A stretch of 64,000 nt of DNA from a virus. Its lineage: Duplodnaviria > Caudoviricetes. A program made the position numbers and the translations under genes. This document shows, piece after piece, positions 1 to 9,522 of the stretch. Each line of letters opens with the position of its first letter. Positions within the stretch are counted from its first letter, which is position 1. The stretch lies in the IMG/VR virus record IMGVR_UViG_3300042975_000096, one strand, 5' to 3'. The notes under the pieces were generated by a model that worked only from the letters and a program-made list of their open reading frames with translations, had not been told where the DNA came from and did not search any database.

Positions 1-336
1 TCATCGGAAGTGCTCGGTTGTATCAATGGTTTTTTTAATGAAATAAATCGTGTCAACTGCGTTAGAATCCATTCCGTGTGCAAAAACATACCATGTTGTA
101 TCGATAACAATAATTTTAGCATCATATAATGGATATGTATTAATTGGTAGATTTTCGTCTAACGTCCATGTTTCGCCATCATCAATTGAAAAATATAAAT
201 CCAACCACTCTGTTCCATCAGAGTTTTTCATGCTCATAACTGAATATAAAATATCATCTGAGTCTTTATATAAATATGGTCTTGTACCATTTAATGTAAT
301 CAAATTTTGATATACATACTTTGAAATATTTGCCAT
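1..336 (-). CDS. Probable virion protein with Asp-box/BNR motif, runs off the window start
   Basis: YFSIDDGETW Asp-box (SxDxGxTW); ATG at 336 preceded by AAGGGAG RBS; ORF open to the window edge. Confidence 0.5.
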   Translation of the reverse strand: MANISKYVYQNLITLNGTRPYLYKDSDDILYSVMSMKNSDGTEWLDLYFSIDDGETWTLDENLPINTYPLYDAKIIVIDTTWYVFAHGMDSNAVDTIYFIKKTIDTTEHFR

Positions 337-374
337 TATTTTCTCTCCCTTATATCGTTCTAACAATATAATAG

Positions 375-407
375 AAAAACCTGTTTGCAAAATATGCAAA
401 CAGGTTT
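375..407 (-). terminator. Rho-independent terminator after the radical SAM gene
   Basis: AAACCTGTTTGCA-loop-TGCAAACAGGTTT inverted repeat followed by a T tract on the minus strand. Confidence 0.7.
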
Positions 408-413
408 ATTTTT

Positions 414-1268
414 TTACTTACACAATTTAGAATTAAGATTAAATTTTTTCATAGTTAAACATTCATTTAATGTTTGTTTATGAATATTTCCCCACTCAGT
501 TCTATATTGTTTACAAACCTCACAAGGAACGATATATCCATCTGATGTAACAACAAATTTTTCTCTACCTGCGGTACAACAATTATTCAAACCAAGCATA
601 TATCTTAATGGATTCCCCAATCTAATGTTGATTTTTTTCTTATCAATAGAATTAATAAATTGAATTAAATCAGTATTTGTTGGCAATAAATCTTCAGTAC
701 ATCTTCCTTGTGCAACTGCTTTAAGAATAGATATTCTATTTACATTATGACTTAATGCAAAATTAATCACTTCAGAAAATCCAATCAAATTAACAACTAA
801 TGGCACAAAATGTAATTCAATATTAGTGTATTTTTCAACATTTTTTATACTTTGTTGAAAAATATCCCATCCGTTTTTGGTTTGCGATATATAATTATAA
901 TCATTTCCAACACCATGACAGCTAAAAATAATTTTATCAAACATTTTATTATCAATCACTTGTTTGATTTGTTGTTCTGATATTGGATTTCCATTAATAT
1001 TGCCACAAGTATAAATACTAAACTTTATGTTTTCTGATTGAAGTAAATTTAATATTTTAAAAATATCAGGATGTAGAAATGGTTCTCCACCAGATATTGA
1101 TATATGACAGTCTTTATCAATGTAAGATAAAGATTTTAATTGTTTAATTAAATCTTTTATTTGTTCAAATGATAATATCGTTGTATCTTTTGCAGAAGAA
1201 TTTGAAGAACAATGTATACAATGTTGCATACATCTATTTAATATTTCTAGTGTAATACTATTGAACAA
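414..1268 (-). CDS. Radical SAM protein with SPASM/twitch C-terminal domain
   Basis: CMQHCIHC (CxxxCxxC), SGGEPFLHPD, C-terminal CTAGREKFVVTSDGYIVPC...WGNI. Confidence 0.9.
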   Translation of the reverse strand: MFNSITLEILNRCMQHCIHCSSNSSAKDTTILSFEQIKDLIKQLKSLSYIDKDCHISISGGEPFLHPDIFKILNLLQSENIKFSIYTCGNINGNPISEQQIKQVIDNKMFDKIIFSCHGVGNDYNYISQTKNGWDIFQQSIKNVEKYTNIELHFVPLVVNLIGFSEVINFALSHNVNRISILKAVAQGRCTEDLLPTNTDLIQFINSIDKKKINIRLGNPLRYMLGLNNCCTAGREKFVVTSDGYIVPCEVCKQYRTEWGNIHKQTLNECLTMKKFNLNSKLCK

Positions 1269-1949
1269 TTAAACTTCACTTCTTACATTTTCTTTTGATA
1301 CAAACTTCTTATATAAATCCTCAAAAAATACAGGATAACGTTCATACATCATTTTTAATAGTGTTGTCATTGACATTCTAATGTCAAGTTGTGCATGGGA
1401 ATCACAACGCAACTCAAAAATATGTCTCCATTCTCTAATGTTCGCACCCATAACAATAGTCGTTGCTGTGCATTGTGGCAATACTGACCGTGCTTCTTCT
1501 GGCTTGCATCCCAATTCAATTAATTTAAAATAAGATTTTTCAGATTGTGAACAAGCATCAAACCATAAATCAAACTTATCTTTATCACAACTACCATTTT
1601 CTGTTAACATTCCTTGTGGAATAACAAAACCAACGCTATGATTAAATTTATCTTTACTATAATTTACATAACGCATAGATTCGATTGCAAAGCTTGACAA
1701 TCTCTGTCTTGTGATTTGCCCCATATAACTTCTATCTGCTACAATTTTAACAGTAATATTATTCATTTCAATTGGCGAACCATGACCAACTGCAATCAAT
1801 CGTCTTGCCAATTTTTCTGCATCTTCCATATTATTATTATTATCCGTAGCACTCTTATAACAATTCCTAGCTGCGGTATTAAATGTCATTAATACTGTTT
1901 CATAAGATGGTGGATAAACAAATTCCACACTCGGATTTACAATGTTCAT
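1269..1949 (-). CDS. thyX: FAD-dependent thymidylate synthase
   Basis: GHGSPIE, RQRLSSFAIESMRY (RHRx7SxR variant), EEARSVLP, NIREWRHIFELRCDSHAQ. Confidence 0.9.
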   Translation of the reverse strand: MNIVNPSVEFVYPPSYETVLMTFNTAARNCYKSATDNNNNMEDAEKLARRLIAVGHGSPIEMNNITVKIVADRSYMGQITRQRLSSFAIESMRYVNYSKDKFNHSVGFVIPQGMLTENGSCDKDKFDLWFDACSQSEKSYFKLIELGCKPEEARSVLPQCTATTIVMGANIREWRHIFELRCDSHAQLDIRMSMTTLLKMMYERYPVFFEDLYKKFVSKENVRSEV

Positions 1950-2241
1950 TTAACATTCTCCTTTTTTATTAATTCTTCTGCTTTTTTCAATTTATCTACT
2001 AATTGATTTATTGAGTTTGCAGTAATCATTACTTCATTAGAAATATTTTTATATATCATACCTGATATTAAATATTTCATTAAAACTTCTGATTGCATAT
2101 TACTAAATCTATCAATAGATTTTATTGTGCTCATGAATTTATTATATTCAATTTGATTATGATTTTCCCATTCAAATTCTCTCATTTTATTATCTACTGC
2201 TTCTCGCACTCGATTATCATAATATTGTTCAACTTCTTTTT
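1946..2241 (-). pseudogene. 3' part of the gene interrupted by the IS200/IS605 element (5' part at 4430-4904)
   Basis: Removing 2242-4429 gives the in-frame join ...KSCLQKEVEQYYDNR... Confidence 0.75.
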
Positions 2242-2413
2242 CTGACACTCCAACGGCTAAAGCACGTTGGGTTCTTAATTACATAGACTTCCAAAATAAC
2301 ACGAATGCTATTAAGACTAATCTGTTTCATTAAAACTTTTACTACCAAATTCTACAATAAGAATTTAACGATAGCATTAGGCTCATGTCGAAACCTATTA
2401 ATATTTTCTCTGT
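2242..2413 (-). ncRNA. Putative TnpB omega/reRNA scaffold region
   Basis: Non-coding stretch between the tnpB stop and the IS right end, the known position of TnpB reRNAs; boundaries inferred. Confidence 0.5.
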
Positions 2414-3877
2414 TTAAATTGCTATACTACTAAGATTTTTATATCCTTTTAATCTATTTACTTCTGTGTCATGCAGTTTCTTGAAATTATCAAATCTATT
2501 ATTGCATTTATCAATATCAAAACTTTCTAAATCATTACTTATATTCATTATCAGAAAAGCACTGTACATATCTCTTTGAATTTTGATACCGTTAAAATCA
2601 TTCCATCTTTGAGACAATGATTTCTTATTATAAGTGCCATCAAAATGATTAAACTGGCTTGCCTTTGCATTATAGGTATTTATTTCAAACAACATACTGT
2701 CGAAATATTTTAATTTTCTATCTATGATTGTCATCAACATAGCAGGTGCTCGATTAGCAAGTGATTTACCAAATCGTTTCTTCTTTTTATATTTTCCAGT
2801 CTTTTCGCTGATTTCTGTTTTGGTAGAACGCTTTTGAAGTCCTGAAAAATTCATATGTTCAACGAATATATTGTTCCCAAGTGATATGATATAGTTTGCT
2901 AAACACTCATGTTGATATTTTCTTACATCGGCTTGCTTTCTATATAATTCCTTTAACTGATTTTGATATTTAATATAATGATTTGATTTATCCCAAACTA
3001 CTTTTTTATTTCCTTGCTTTTTAATTGTCCCATCTTCATTAAAATTACATGGATTTGTAGCACGTTTACTTCTATCCATTTTTCTAAGAAGAAGTCTTTT
3101 CTGATTTTCTATATTCTGAACTTTATCTGCAAGTTCTAATATTTTTACATCTGATTCGCTTGAAATAGCGATAGTCGAAGTACCAATGTCAATCCCAACA
3201 TCACCATATCCAATAGTATGTTTTGTCTCACCAGTCTCAGTATTAACTTTTGTTGGTGGACTTCCTTTAAAAACAATTTGTATATAGTAGTGATTTTTAT
3301 TATGAACAAATTTTCTTAATATCCTACAATATGAAATATCGCATTGTATGGCTTGATATTCATAATAATTATCATAATCAATCAATACAGGGATATTTAA
3401 TCCTTTCCAAATTAAACAATCGTCTTTAAATCTTATCCCAGTATTATTAGATTTTCCTTCAAGAGAGTTTAACGAATCATATTTTTTATAATGTATTCTA
3501 TCCCCATTACCAAAAAATAATTTATCATATGATTTCCATAGTGTAGTTGCTATTTTTTGAGAAGTAAAAGAATCAATGTTATCTTTGAAATGTTTCTGCA
3601 TTTGTTTTGCATCTTCGTGAAATGAATATTCTGACATTCCGTATTGCTTACGCATTTCATTTATTTGTTTCCAAATATCTTTATCTTTTTTCTTGTCATT
3701 TGATAATGAAGATAAAAGAGTACGATATTGTTTCGTTTTAATCATTTCTTTATATCGTTTTTGTGTTGCATTAACTAAAGAATTGTATATCTTTCTTCCA
3801 ATTTCAAATCGTTTATCTAATATATCTTCTTGGTATTGTTCTGTTTTTAAAGGAAATTGAATTACAAAATTTGCCAT
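2414..3877 (-). CDS. tnpB: RNA-guided endonuclease TnpB
   Basis: RuvC I GIDIG, RuvC II IFVEHM, RuvC III QRDMYSAF; follows tnpA; no C-terminal Cys4 zinc finger. Confidence 0.9.
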   Translation of the reverse strand: MANFVIQFPLKTEQYQEDILDKRFEIGRKIYNSLVNATQKRYKEMIKTKQYRTLLSSLSNDKKKDKDIWKQINEMRKQYGMSEYSFHEDAKQMQKHFKDNIDSFTSQKIATTLWKSYDKLFFGNGDRIHYKKYDSLNSLEGKSNNTGIRFKDDCLIWKGLNIPVLIDYDNYYEYQAIQCDISYCRILRKFVHNKNHYYIQIVFKGSPPTKVNTETGETKHTIGYGDVGIDIGTSTIAISSESDVKILELADKVQNIENQKRLLLRKMDRSKRATNPCNFNEDGTIKKQGNKKVVWDKSNHYIKYQNQLKELYRKQADVRKYQHECLANYIISLGNNIFVEHMNFSGLQKRSTKTEISEKTGKYKKKKRFGKSLANRAPAMLMTIIDRKLKYFDSMLFEINTYNAKASQFNHFDGTYNKKSLSQRWNDFNGIKIQRDMYSAFLIMNISNDLESFDIDKCNNRFDNFKKLHDTEVNRLKGYKNLSSIAI

Positions 3878-3914
3878 AAATATTCACCTCACTTTCTATA
3901 ATATTATTCTCTTT

Positions 3915-4316
3915 TTAATATCTCTTTTTCTGATTTTCAACATATTGTTTAATTGTTTCACTACAAACATTACCAGCGGTTGAAACGAAATAACTTCTAG
4001 TCCAAAGACTAGGCATTTTAGATAACTGGCAAAATTCTTCTCTAAGAATTTTGCTTGTATATCCTTTTAGCTGTTGCATAATATCTGATGGACTCAATGT
4101 AGGCAAACAATTTAAGAACATATGAGAGTGGTCTTTATCACATTCTATTGCTATGATTTCAATTTCTAACTCCTGACATTTTAATTTGACCAGTTCTTTA
4201 AATCGTTGTTCTACTTTAGGAATCAGAAAAATTTTTCTTCTATATCTTGGACAAAAAACAAAATGATAATTTATCAAAGATACATTTGTATTTGTATGTC
4301 TATAATTATTTTCCAT
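3915..4316 (-). CDS. tnpA: IS200-type HUH (Y1) transposase
   Basis: YHFVFCPRYRR, DHSHM (HUH), LWTRSYFVSTAG, IKQYVENQ; likely start MENNY at 4316. Confidence 0.95.
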   Translation of the reverse strand: MENNYRHTNTNVSLINYHFVFCPRYRRKIFLIPKVEQRFKELVKLKCQELEIEIIAIECDKDHSHMFLNCLPTLSPSDIMQQLKGYTSKILREEFCQLSKMPSLWTRSYFVSTAGNVCSETIKQYVENQKKRY

Positions 4317-4429
4317 GATACTAACATAACACATTATGTGTATGTTTACAATAGTTTTATACACAGATATTATATTCATTTTGGGCTATCCATCCCACAC
4401 CTAAAGGAGTGGGATTTCCGCCTTTAATT

Positions 4430-4904
4430 GTAAACAGCTCTTTTCTTTTTCTAAAAACTGTTTATGCTTTCGTTCTAATGATTGTAACATACCTGCCACA
4501 AAACCCTCTGATAACGCGCACGATTCAATCTGAGAAGGTTTTTTAGTTTGGCGCAACTTACCATTAGCATATTCCATTATGCCCCAAGAAACCGGTATTT
4601 CTATATCTTCTGTAATTAATCCTTTAGGAACAACCAAATAAAACAAATCGCAATATTTAGCAATAGCATTTGATTTACTACCATTTTTTAACTCATGTTG
4701 CAAATCAGATTTTAATGTTTTTATTTCAAATGCTATTTTTTGATATTTTTTTGATGGATATAAATTATAAGCAAACCCGTCAATTTGTCTTCGAGATAAA
4801 GCCCCAGTTGCATTTGGAACTTCTGTTAAAAAAATCCATTCAGGAAATTTATATTTTTGATTTAAAGCTTCTTTTATATCTCTTGTTAACTGCCGATTAT
4901 CCAA
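4430..4904 (-). pseudogene. 5' part of an MmcB-like PD-(D/E)xK protein gene, interrupted by the IS
   Basis: IDGF...AFEIKTLKSD, YCDLFYLVVP, WGIM motifs; the ORF runs into the IS left end. Confidence 0.65.
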
Positions 4905-4921
4905 TATGATTACGCTCCTTT

Positions 4922-5503
4922 TTATTGAAATGCTGGCAATATTTCTGTCAAAAATAGTTTAATTGAAATCAAATCAATTTCATATAATTTTTTTTCTAAA
5001 TAATGATACCGTTCTTTGAATGGATTTACATTACCTAATTTTATTTCCTGCTGACATTCTAACATTGCATCAATCATGTCCGCTGCGGATAATATTTTAC
5101 CTTCTAATGTATCATCTTTATCTTCATTTATAATATTTTCAACTTCTTGTCGATAATCCACATTATCAATTTTTGACAAAATATATTCATTACTTAATTC
5201 AGTTTCTATTATATTTAATGCTTTATTTACTTCTTCTTTTTTATGTTTTGTGTTATGCAGAATATCACCAGTACACGATTCTTTAATATCATGATTAATT
5301 GCTTTTCTATATAATTTAGCCCAATCTATTTTTTTACCATGTTTTTGTTCAATAATCCCTATACATTGTGCTATTTGCGCAACAGAATATGAATGTTCGG
5401 CAACGCTTGCTTTATGGTATAAAAATTCAGTATTCCATCTTTGAATATTCGTTAGCTTTTTCGCATATGCTATAAAATTTGCTAGTCCTGTTGTTTCTTC
5501 CAT
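4922..5503 (-). CDS. HD-domain 5'-deoxynucleotidase (YfbR-like)
   Basis: IQRWN...SVAEHSY, NHDIKESCTGDI, ILSAADMID. Confidence 0.85.
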   Translation of the reverse strand: MEETTGLANFIAYAKKLTNIQRWNTEFLYHKASVAEHSYSVAQIAQCIGIIEQKHGKKIDWAKLYRKAINHDIKESCTGDILHNTKHKKEEVNKALNIIETELSNEYILSKIDNVDYRQEVENIINEDKDDTLEGKILSAADMIDAMLECQQEIKLGNVNPFKERYHYLEKKLYEIDLISIKLFLTEILPAFQ

Positions 5504-5529
5504 TACAATAACTTCCTTCCTCATTGTAT

Positions 5530-5562
5530 AAAAAAAGGATAGAGATTAAATTCTCTATCCTT
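5530..5562 (-). terminator. Terminator after the SSB gene
   Basis: AAGGATAGAGA/TCTCTATCCTT inverted repeat plus T tract. Confidence 0.7.
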
Positions 5563-5575
5563 CTGTTTTTATCTA

Positions 5576-6232
5576 TCAGTCAAAATTATCCCACTCGCCG
5601 TCTTCTTCTTTTGTGTCAGAATCGGATTCAGAACCTTCAACATCATCAGCCGTCATGTCGGAAAGAATATTAAGATTCAGTGCAACAATCTCGCTCTCTG
5701 TAAGCATCTTATTCAAATCCTTAAGAGTTGGTGAATTTTCCACAGCTTCTTTTTCTTCATCCGTAAGTGGAATGGTTTTTGGGCTAGGAACTACCGCATA
5801 ACGGGTTTCTTTACCTGAACCTTCCTTTTTGATTTTAATATCATAAGTGGTTGGGTCTCCGTACTCTGGGTCAGTTGCGTATGTCTTGATTTGTTTCATT
5901 ACAGAAATACCAGTTTCAAGAACCTTTACCTGTGGGCCATCTGAACCATATCCATCTTCTCTGCTCCAATTGGATTTATCAATTACCAAAAGCTGATAAC
6001 GATGGCGTGGCTTCGAACCATGCTCACAAAGAACGCATTTAGCACCAAGACAATTAATCTTATGCGCTTTCTTTGCACCATCCTCATAAGAATCCTCCCA
6101 ATGCACATCAATTACTGATGGCTTAGAAACAATTCGCATAAGGTTTCCTGCCTTACCTGATTCAAGGGTCAAGAAATTTACATTTCCATTACCAGTCTTT
6201 ACGTCATCCCATGTCATGTCAAAACTTGTCAT
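5576..6232 (-). CDS. Phage single-stranded DNA-binding protein (T4 gp32-like)
   Basis: HW, C-x4-C-x2-C motif, YGDPTTYDIKIKKEGSGKETRYAV, strongly acidic C-terminal tail. Confidence 0.75.
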   Translation of the reverse strand: MTSFDMTWDDVKTGNGNVNFLTLESGKAGNLMRIVSKPSVIDVHWEDSYEDGAKKAHKINCLGAKCVLCEHGSKPRHRYQLLVIDKSNWSREDGYGSDGPQVKVLETGISVMKQIKTYATDPEYGDPTTYDIKIKKEGSGKETRYAVVPSPKTIPLTDEEKEAVENSPTLKDLNKMLTESEIVALNLNILSDMTADDVEGSESDSDTKEEDGEWDNFD

Positions 6233-6408
6233 AATTAAATTACCTCACGTTTCCTTCTGTTGTACCTTGTTTGCGATATTGCTTTAGTAGCTACTCTTGC
6301 GATATGGCATCTAAAGGTCAACGATTGATATATTTATTTAGTCAACATATTCAGTTGTCTGTAAACTAAATATGTGTTAACTACGTTTTTATTATATTTA
6401 ATAAAAAA

Positions 6409-6960
6409 TTATTTTTTCAATTCTTTATTAGATATTTTTTCTGCCAAAAGATTTCTGATTATTTTGAAATATACCGTATCATCTTTTGTTTCTTCAAGTG
6501 CACTCAAATCATCTTCGGATTCGATAAACTTCCATCGCATATTTACACCATAAAACAATTTATTAAACTTCGGAATAAATACACACGGGTTTGGATAGAA
6601 TCTATTTGTTATGGAAGCATTTTTTCTATCATATAATGAAATGATTGATATTGGCAACATTCCCAAATACAACCCTAAATGTATATTCTCATCATATCCT
6701 TCTGCATTTAATGATACTATACACCATTTTCCAACGTCTGTCAAGCTATTTCCTCTATCATATGCTAAATCACTAGTAATTGACTCTACTAATATAGGAA
6801 ATTCAATAAACATTGCTTCATAATCATCACACAAATAATACATAGAAACTAAAATATCTGCATATTCGTTCGTTGCTTTATTTAATTCATGTTGATTATA
6901 CAACATTTTACATTCCATTCGCTTTTTACAAGAAGCACAACAATGTTGTTTTGGAATCAA
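6409..6960 (-). CDS. Hypothetical protein, Cys-rich N-terminus
   Basis: 183-aa ORF, RBS AAGGGA before TTG. Confidence 0.6.
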   Translation of the reverse strand: MIPKQHCCASCKKRMECKMLYNQHELNKATNEYADILVSMYYLCDDYEAMFIEFPILVESITSDLAYDRGNSLTDVGKWCIVSLNAEGYDENIHLGLYLGMLPISIISLYDRKNASITNRFYPNPCVFIPKFNKLFYGVNMRWKFIESEDDLSALEETKDDTVYFKIIRNLLAEKISNKELKK

Positions 6961-7023
6961 GCTTTCCCTTTTTCATCAAATTTTGGTTCGATTTTTTTTA
7001 TTTCAGCCATACAATATTAAACC

Positions 7024-7560
7024 TCATTCCTCATCATCAAACTTGTTAATTCCACATTTAGTACATAATTTATCTATATATTGCCAGCTTTTTCCACGTA
7101 TTTCATTAGCAGCCTTTTCAGCACTATATCCATCAATTAATACTCGATGTACACCAAGCTTTTTCACTTTCTTGTTTAATCTTGTATTTTCATATCTGTA
7201 TTCAGCTAACATTCCCATATATAATATGGAAAATGTTTTCTCCATAATCAATGCACGATTATTATATTTTTTGCACATATCATGAATTGCGCTAAACACA
7301 TTTTTATCCACTTGCCTATTATACAATGACCATTCATCTTTTGTCAAGTCGTAAATTAAACAAAAATCATTATATATTACTTCTGCTGAAAATTCTTTTT
7401 TTGCAGAAATTAAATTTTGAAAATAATGTTTGTCTAATGGCGCATAATGTTCTCCGTTTTTAGAATGAACATATACACACCATGAATCTTTTGTTCCAAA
7501 ATCAAAAGATAAATCTGTTCCATCTTCAAATACAACAACAGGAATAAACTGTTTCTCCAT
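7024..7560 (-). CDS. Hypothetical protein
   Basis: ORF in operon; likely start MEKQF with RBS AAGGGTGG. Confidence 0.6.
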   Translation of the reverse strand: MEKQFIPVVVFEDGTDLSFDFGTKDSWCVYVHSKNGEHYAPLDKHYFQNLISAKKEFSAEVIYNDFCLIYDLTKDEWSLYNRQVDKNVFSAIHDMCKKYNNRALIMEKTFSILYMGMLAEYRYENTRLNKKVKKLGVHRVLIDGYSAEKAANEIRGKSWQYIDKLCTKCGINKFDDEE

Positions 7561-7592
7561 AAAATACCACCCTTGTTGAAAAAGAGATGCAA

Positions 7593-8669
7593 TTACATCT
7601 CTTTTTCGCATTCGCCAACCATTTTATGATTTTTAAAAATTAAAGATTCTTCATATTTCAATTTCCGCTCATGTTCAAAAACAACATTCTTATCTTGAAT
7701 AATGTTATCTGATAATGCCTCTTTTTGTGCAGTCAAATCCTCTTTTTGTTTTAACAATTCTTCTATTTTTTTATTAACTAACTCAATATTAGTTAACAAA
7801 ATTTCCTTTTCTTGTTCTTTAGAAGAAATAACCTTATCATATTTTTTTCTTAATTTCTCTAGTTTGTTTTGGCAACCTTTAATATATTCCAATTGTAACA
7901 TGGTTGTAATATTATTGATTTTAGTATCACTGAATCCATATTCATTTTTCCATAAAGTTAAAATAATATTATCATCTGATACTGCATAAAAAATCATATT
8001 ATTTTTATCCAAATAAAAATTACTACCAATAGAATCACTCGTATATACAAACTTTGCATTTTTAAATGATTTCATTAATCGATTGACAATTTCAGCTCTT
8101 TTTTCATTTTGAAATCTGCCGTCACCTTTTTCAATTCGTTCATCCCATCTTTGAATACAATGGCTTGTAATTAAAAAAGTTTTCCCGTTTTTGTCTAAAT
8201 GGTCAGTACAATTAAAGAACTTATTTAATATTTCATCTTGTTTTCTAAAGACCTTGTTTTTATAATCATTCAACACTTCATGATTCATATTGTCTTTAAC
8301 AAATTGAGTATAGTCTTCTCTTGATTTGGCTTTATCAAAAGAAAAATCAACATATATCTCATTTATCCGTTCTTGATGTAATGGATAAACTATCATGGTT
8401 GGCTTTTTACCTGCCATACAAATTATTCCATACCAATCTTCATTGATTCTTATAATATTGGAAGATATACAAGAATCAATCATTTCCTGAGTACAATCTT
8501 TATAATCTTTTGCAATCTTTAATTTTTCAATAATTAATGGTTGGCAGTTTTCCTCTGTAAACCCTAAAGTTTTTGCTTTATTAATGGCTTTATTAATAGC
8601 ATCATGTAAAAACCTTGCTTCCCAATAATCATCTATTGTTTTTTTTGATATTTTTGCAAATGTACACAT
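7593..8669 (-). CDS. Hypothetical protein with C-terminal coiled coil
   Basis: Long ORF, ITSHCIQRWDER motif, heptad-rich C-terminus. Confidence 0.6.
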   Translation of the reverse strand: MCTFAKISKKTIDDYWEARFLHDAINKAINKAKTLGFTEENCQPLIIEKLKIAKDYKDCTQEMIDSCISSNIIRINEDWYGIICMAGKKPTMIVYPLHQERINEIYVDFSFDKAKSREDYTQFVKDNMNHEVLNDYKNKVFRKQDEILNKFFNCTDHLDKNGKTFLITSHCIQRWDERIEKGDGRFQNEKRAEIVNRLMKSFKNAKFVYTSDSIGSNFYLDKNNMIFYAVSDDNIILTLWKNEYGFSDTKINNITTMLQLEYIKGCQNKLEKLRKKYDKVISSKEQEKEILLTNIELVNKKIEELLKQKEDLTAQKEALSDNIIQDKNVVFEHERKLKYEESLIFKNHKMVGECEKEM

Positions 8670-8710
8670 TTTTTCACATCCCTTCAAATTCGTTATAGAT
8701 TTATTATATG

Positions 8711-8745
8711 AAAAAAGCACTTACTATTTAAGTAAGTGCTTTTTT
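8711..8745 (-). terminator. Rho-independent terminator
   Basis: AAAAAAGCACTTACT...AGTAAGTGCTTTTTT. Confidence 0.75.
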
Positions 8746-8749
8746 ATTT

Positions 8750-9460
8750 TTAATGCACGTCAGCCCATTCAAGTGATGGAACTCCACTCTTATAATCAAC
8801 CTTTTGTGTTGCTTCTCCGTTGTCCTGAAGCTCCACAGGGAGCTTTTTGCGGTACTCCCCTAGACTTATCTGCATGTTCAAAATAGAAGCCTGTCTGGAC
8901 ACCGTATCGCCAATAGAACGCATATTGTTCATAACATTAGTCACTTCCGTTCGGAAACTATTAATGTTCTCGAATTGCAACAACAACATAGGGTAACGAA
9001 TCGTTGCTTCTCCACGACGTTTATCTGCTGAACTTTGTTTTGATACTGCTTGATTTGCATCAAACAGCATATCGTTCACACGTTTTCTAACTAAATACTC
9101 ATGTTCCACGTCATTCATGATTTCTGAAAGTCTATTCTTAAATTCTTGCACTTTTGCCATAGCTTCAGCCAACTGAAAAGTTGTTGGATTTTCAAAAATT
9201 TCAACACTCATATTATTCATTTCAGAACGAAGTTTGTTCATGTTAATTGGTTTCAATGTAGAAATAATTGTTTTACCAATATCCTCAACGTCATTAAATG
9301 AACATTCTTTAGAACCATATTCAGAATCCAGTTCATTTAAGGTTGATTGATAATCCCCCTCAACTTTAGTTTCTGTTTTTTTTGGTTCAACTGTTTTTGA
9401 TGGTGTTTTTGATGGTTCGTCAAACTCGCTAAAATCATCTGCAACTTCTGTAATTTTCAT
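8750..9460 (-). CDS. Helical protein, possibly a UvsY-like recombination mediator
   Basis: Long amphipathic helices, directly after sbcC; function is inference only. Confidence 0.4.
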   Translation of the reverse strand: MKITEVADDFSEFDEPSKTPSKTVEPKKTETKVEGDYQSTLNELDSEYGSKECSFNDVEDIGKTIISTLKPINMNKLRSEMNNMSVEIFENPTTFQLAEAMAKVQEFKNRLSEIMNDVEHEYLVRKRVNDMLFDANQAVSKQSSADKRRGEATIRYPMLLLQFENINSFRTEVTNVMNNMRSIGDTVSRQASILNMQISLGEYRKKLPVELQDNGEATQKVDYKSGVPSLEWADVH

Positions 9461-9522
9461 ATATATAAGCATCTCCTTTTTATTTTAAATTATATTATAA
9501 TTAAGCAATTAATTCAACATGG

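Larger units (their letters stand above)
2242..4429 (-). mobile_element. IS200/IS605-family insertion sequence (tnpA+tnpB), about 2.19 kb
   Basis: Left-end hairpin ATCCCACTCCTTTAGGTGTGGGAT (about 4392-4415); right-end hairpin CCAACGTGCTTTAGCCGTTGG ending GTGTCAG (2242-2270); inserted 3' of TTAC with no target duplication. Confidence 0.9.

Noticed and set aside
414-1268. RiPP system pairing the rSAM-SPASM enzyme with the 78-aa peptide at 23749
   Set aside because: 22 kb apart, with no RRE, transporter or protease; no supporting linkage
2414-3877. TnpB as a Cas12-like effector for the mini-arrays
   Set aside because: It lies inside a complete IS with tnpA and both ends, about 19 kb from the nearest array, and the repeats are type I-C
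2242-4429. IStron (group I intron-IS chimera)
   Set aside because: Only about 110 nt between the left end and tnpA, too short for a group I ribozyme core
4430-4904. Cas4-like nuclease
   Set aside because: PD-(D/E)xK motif present but the four Fe-S cysteines are absent
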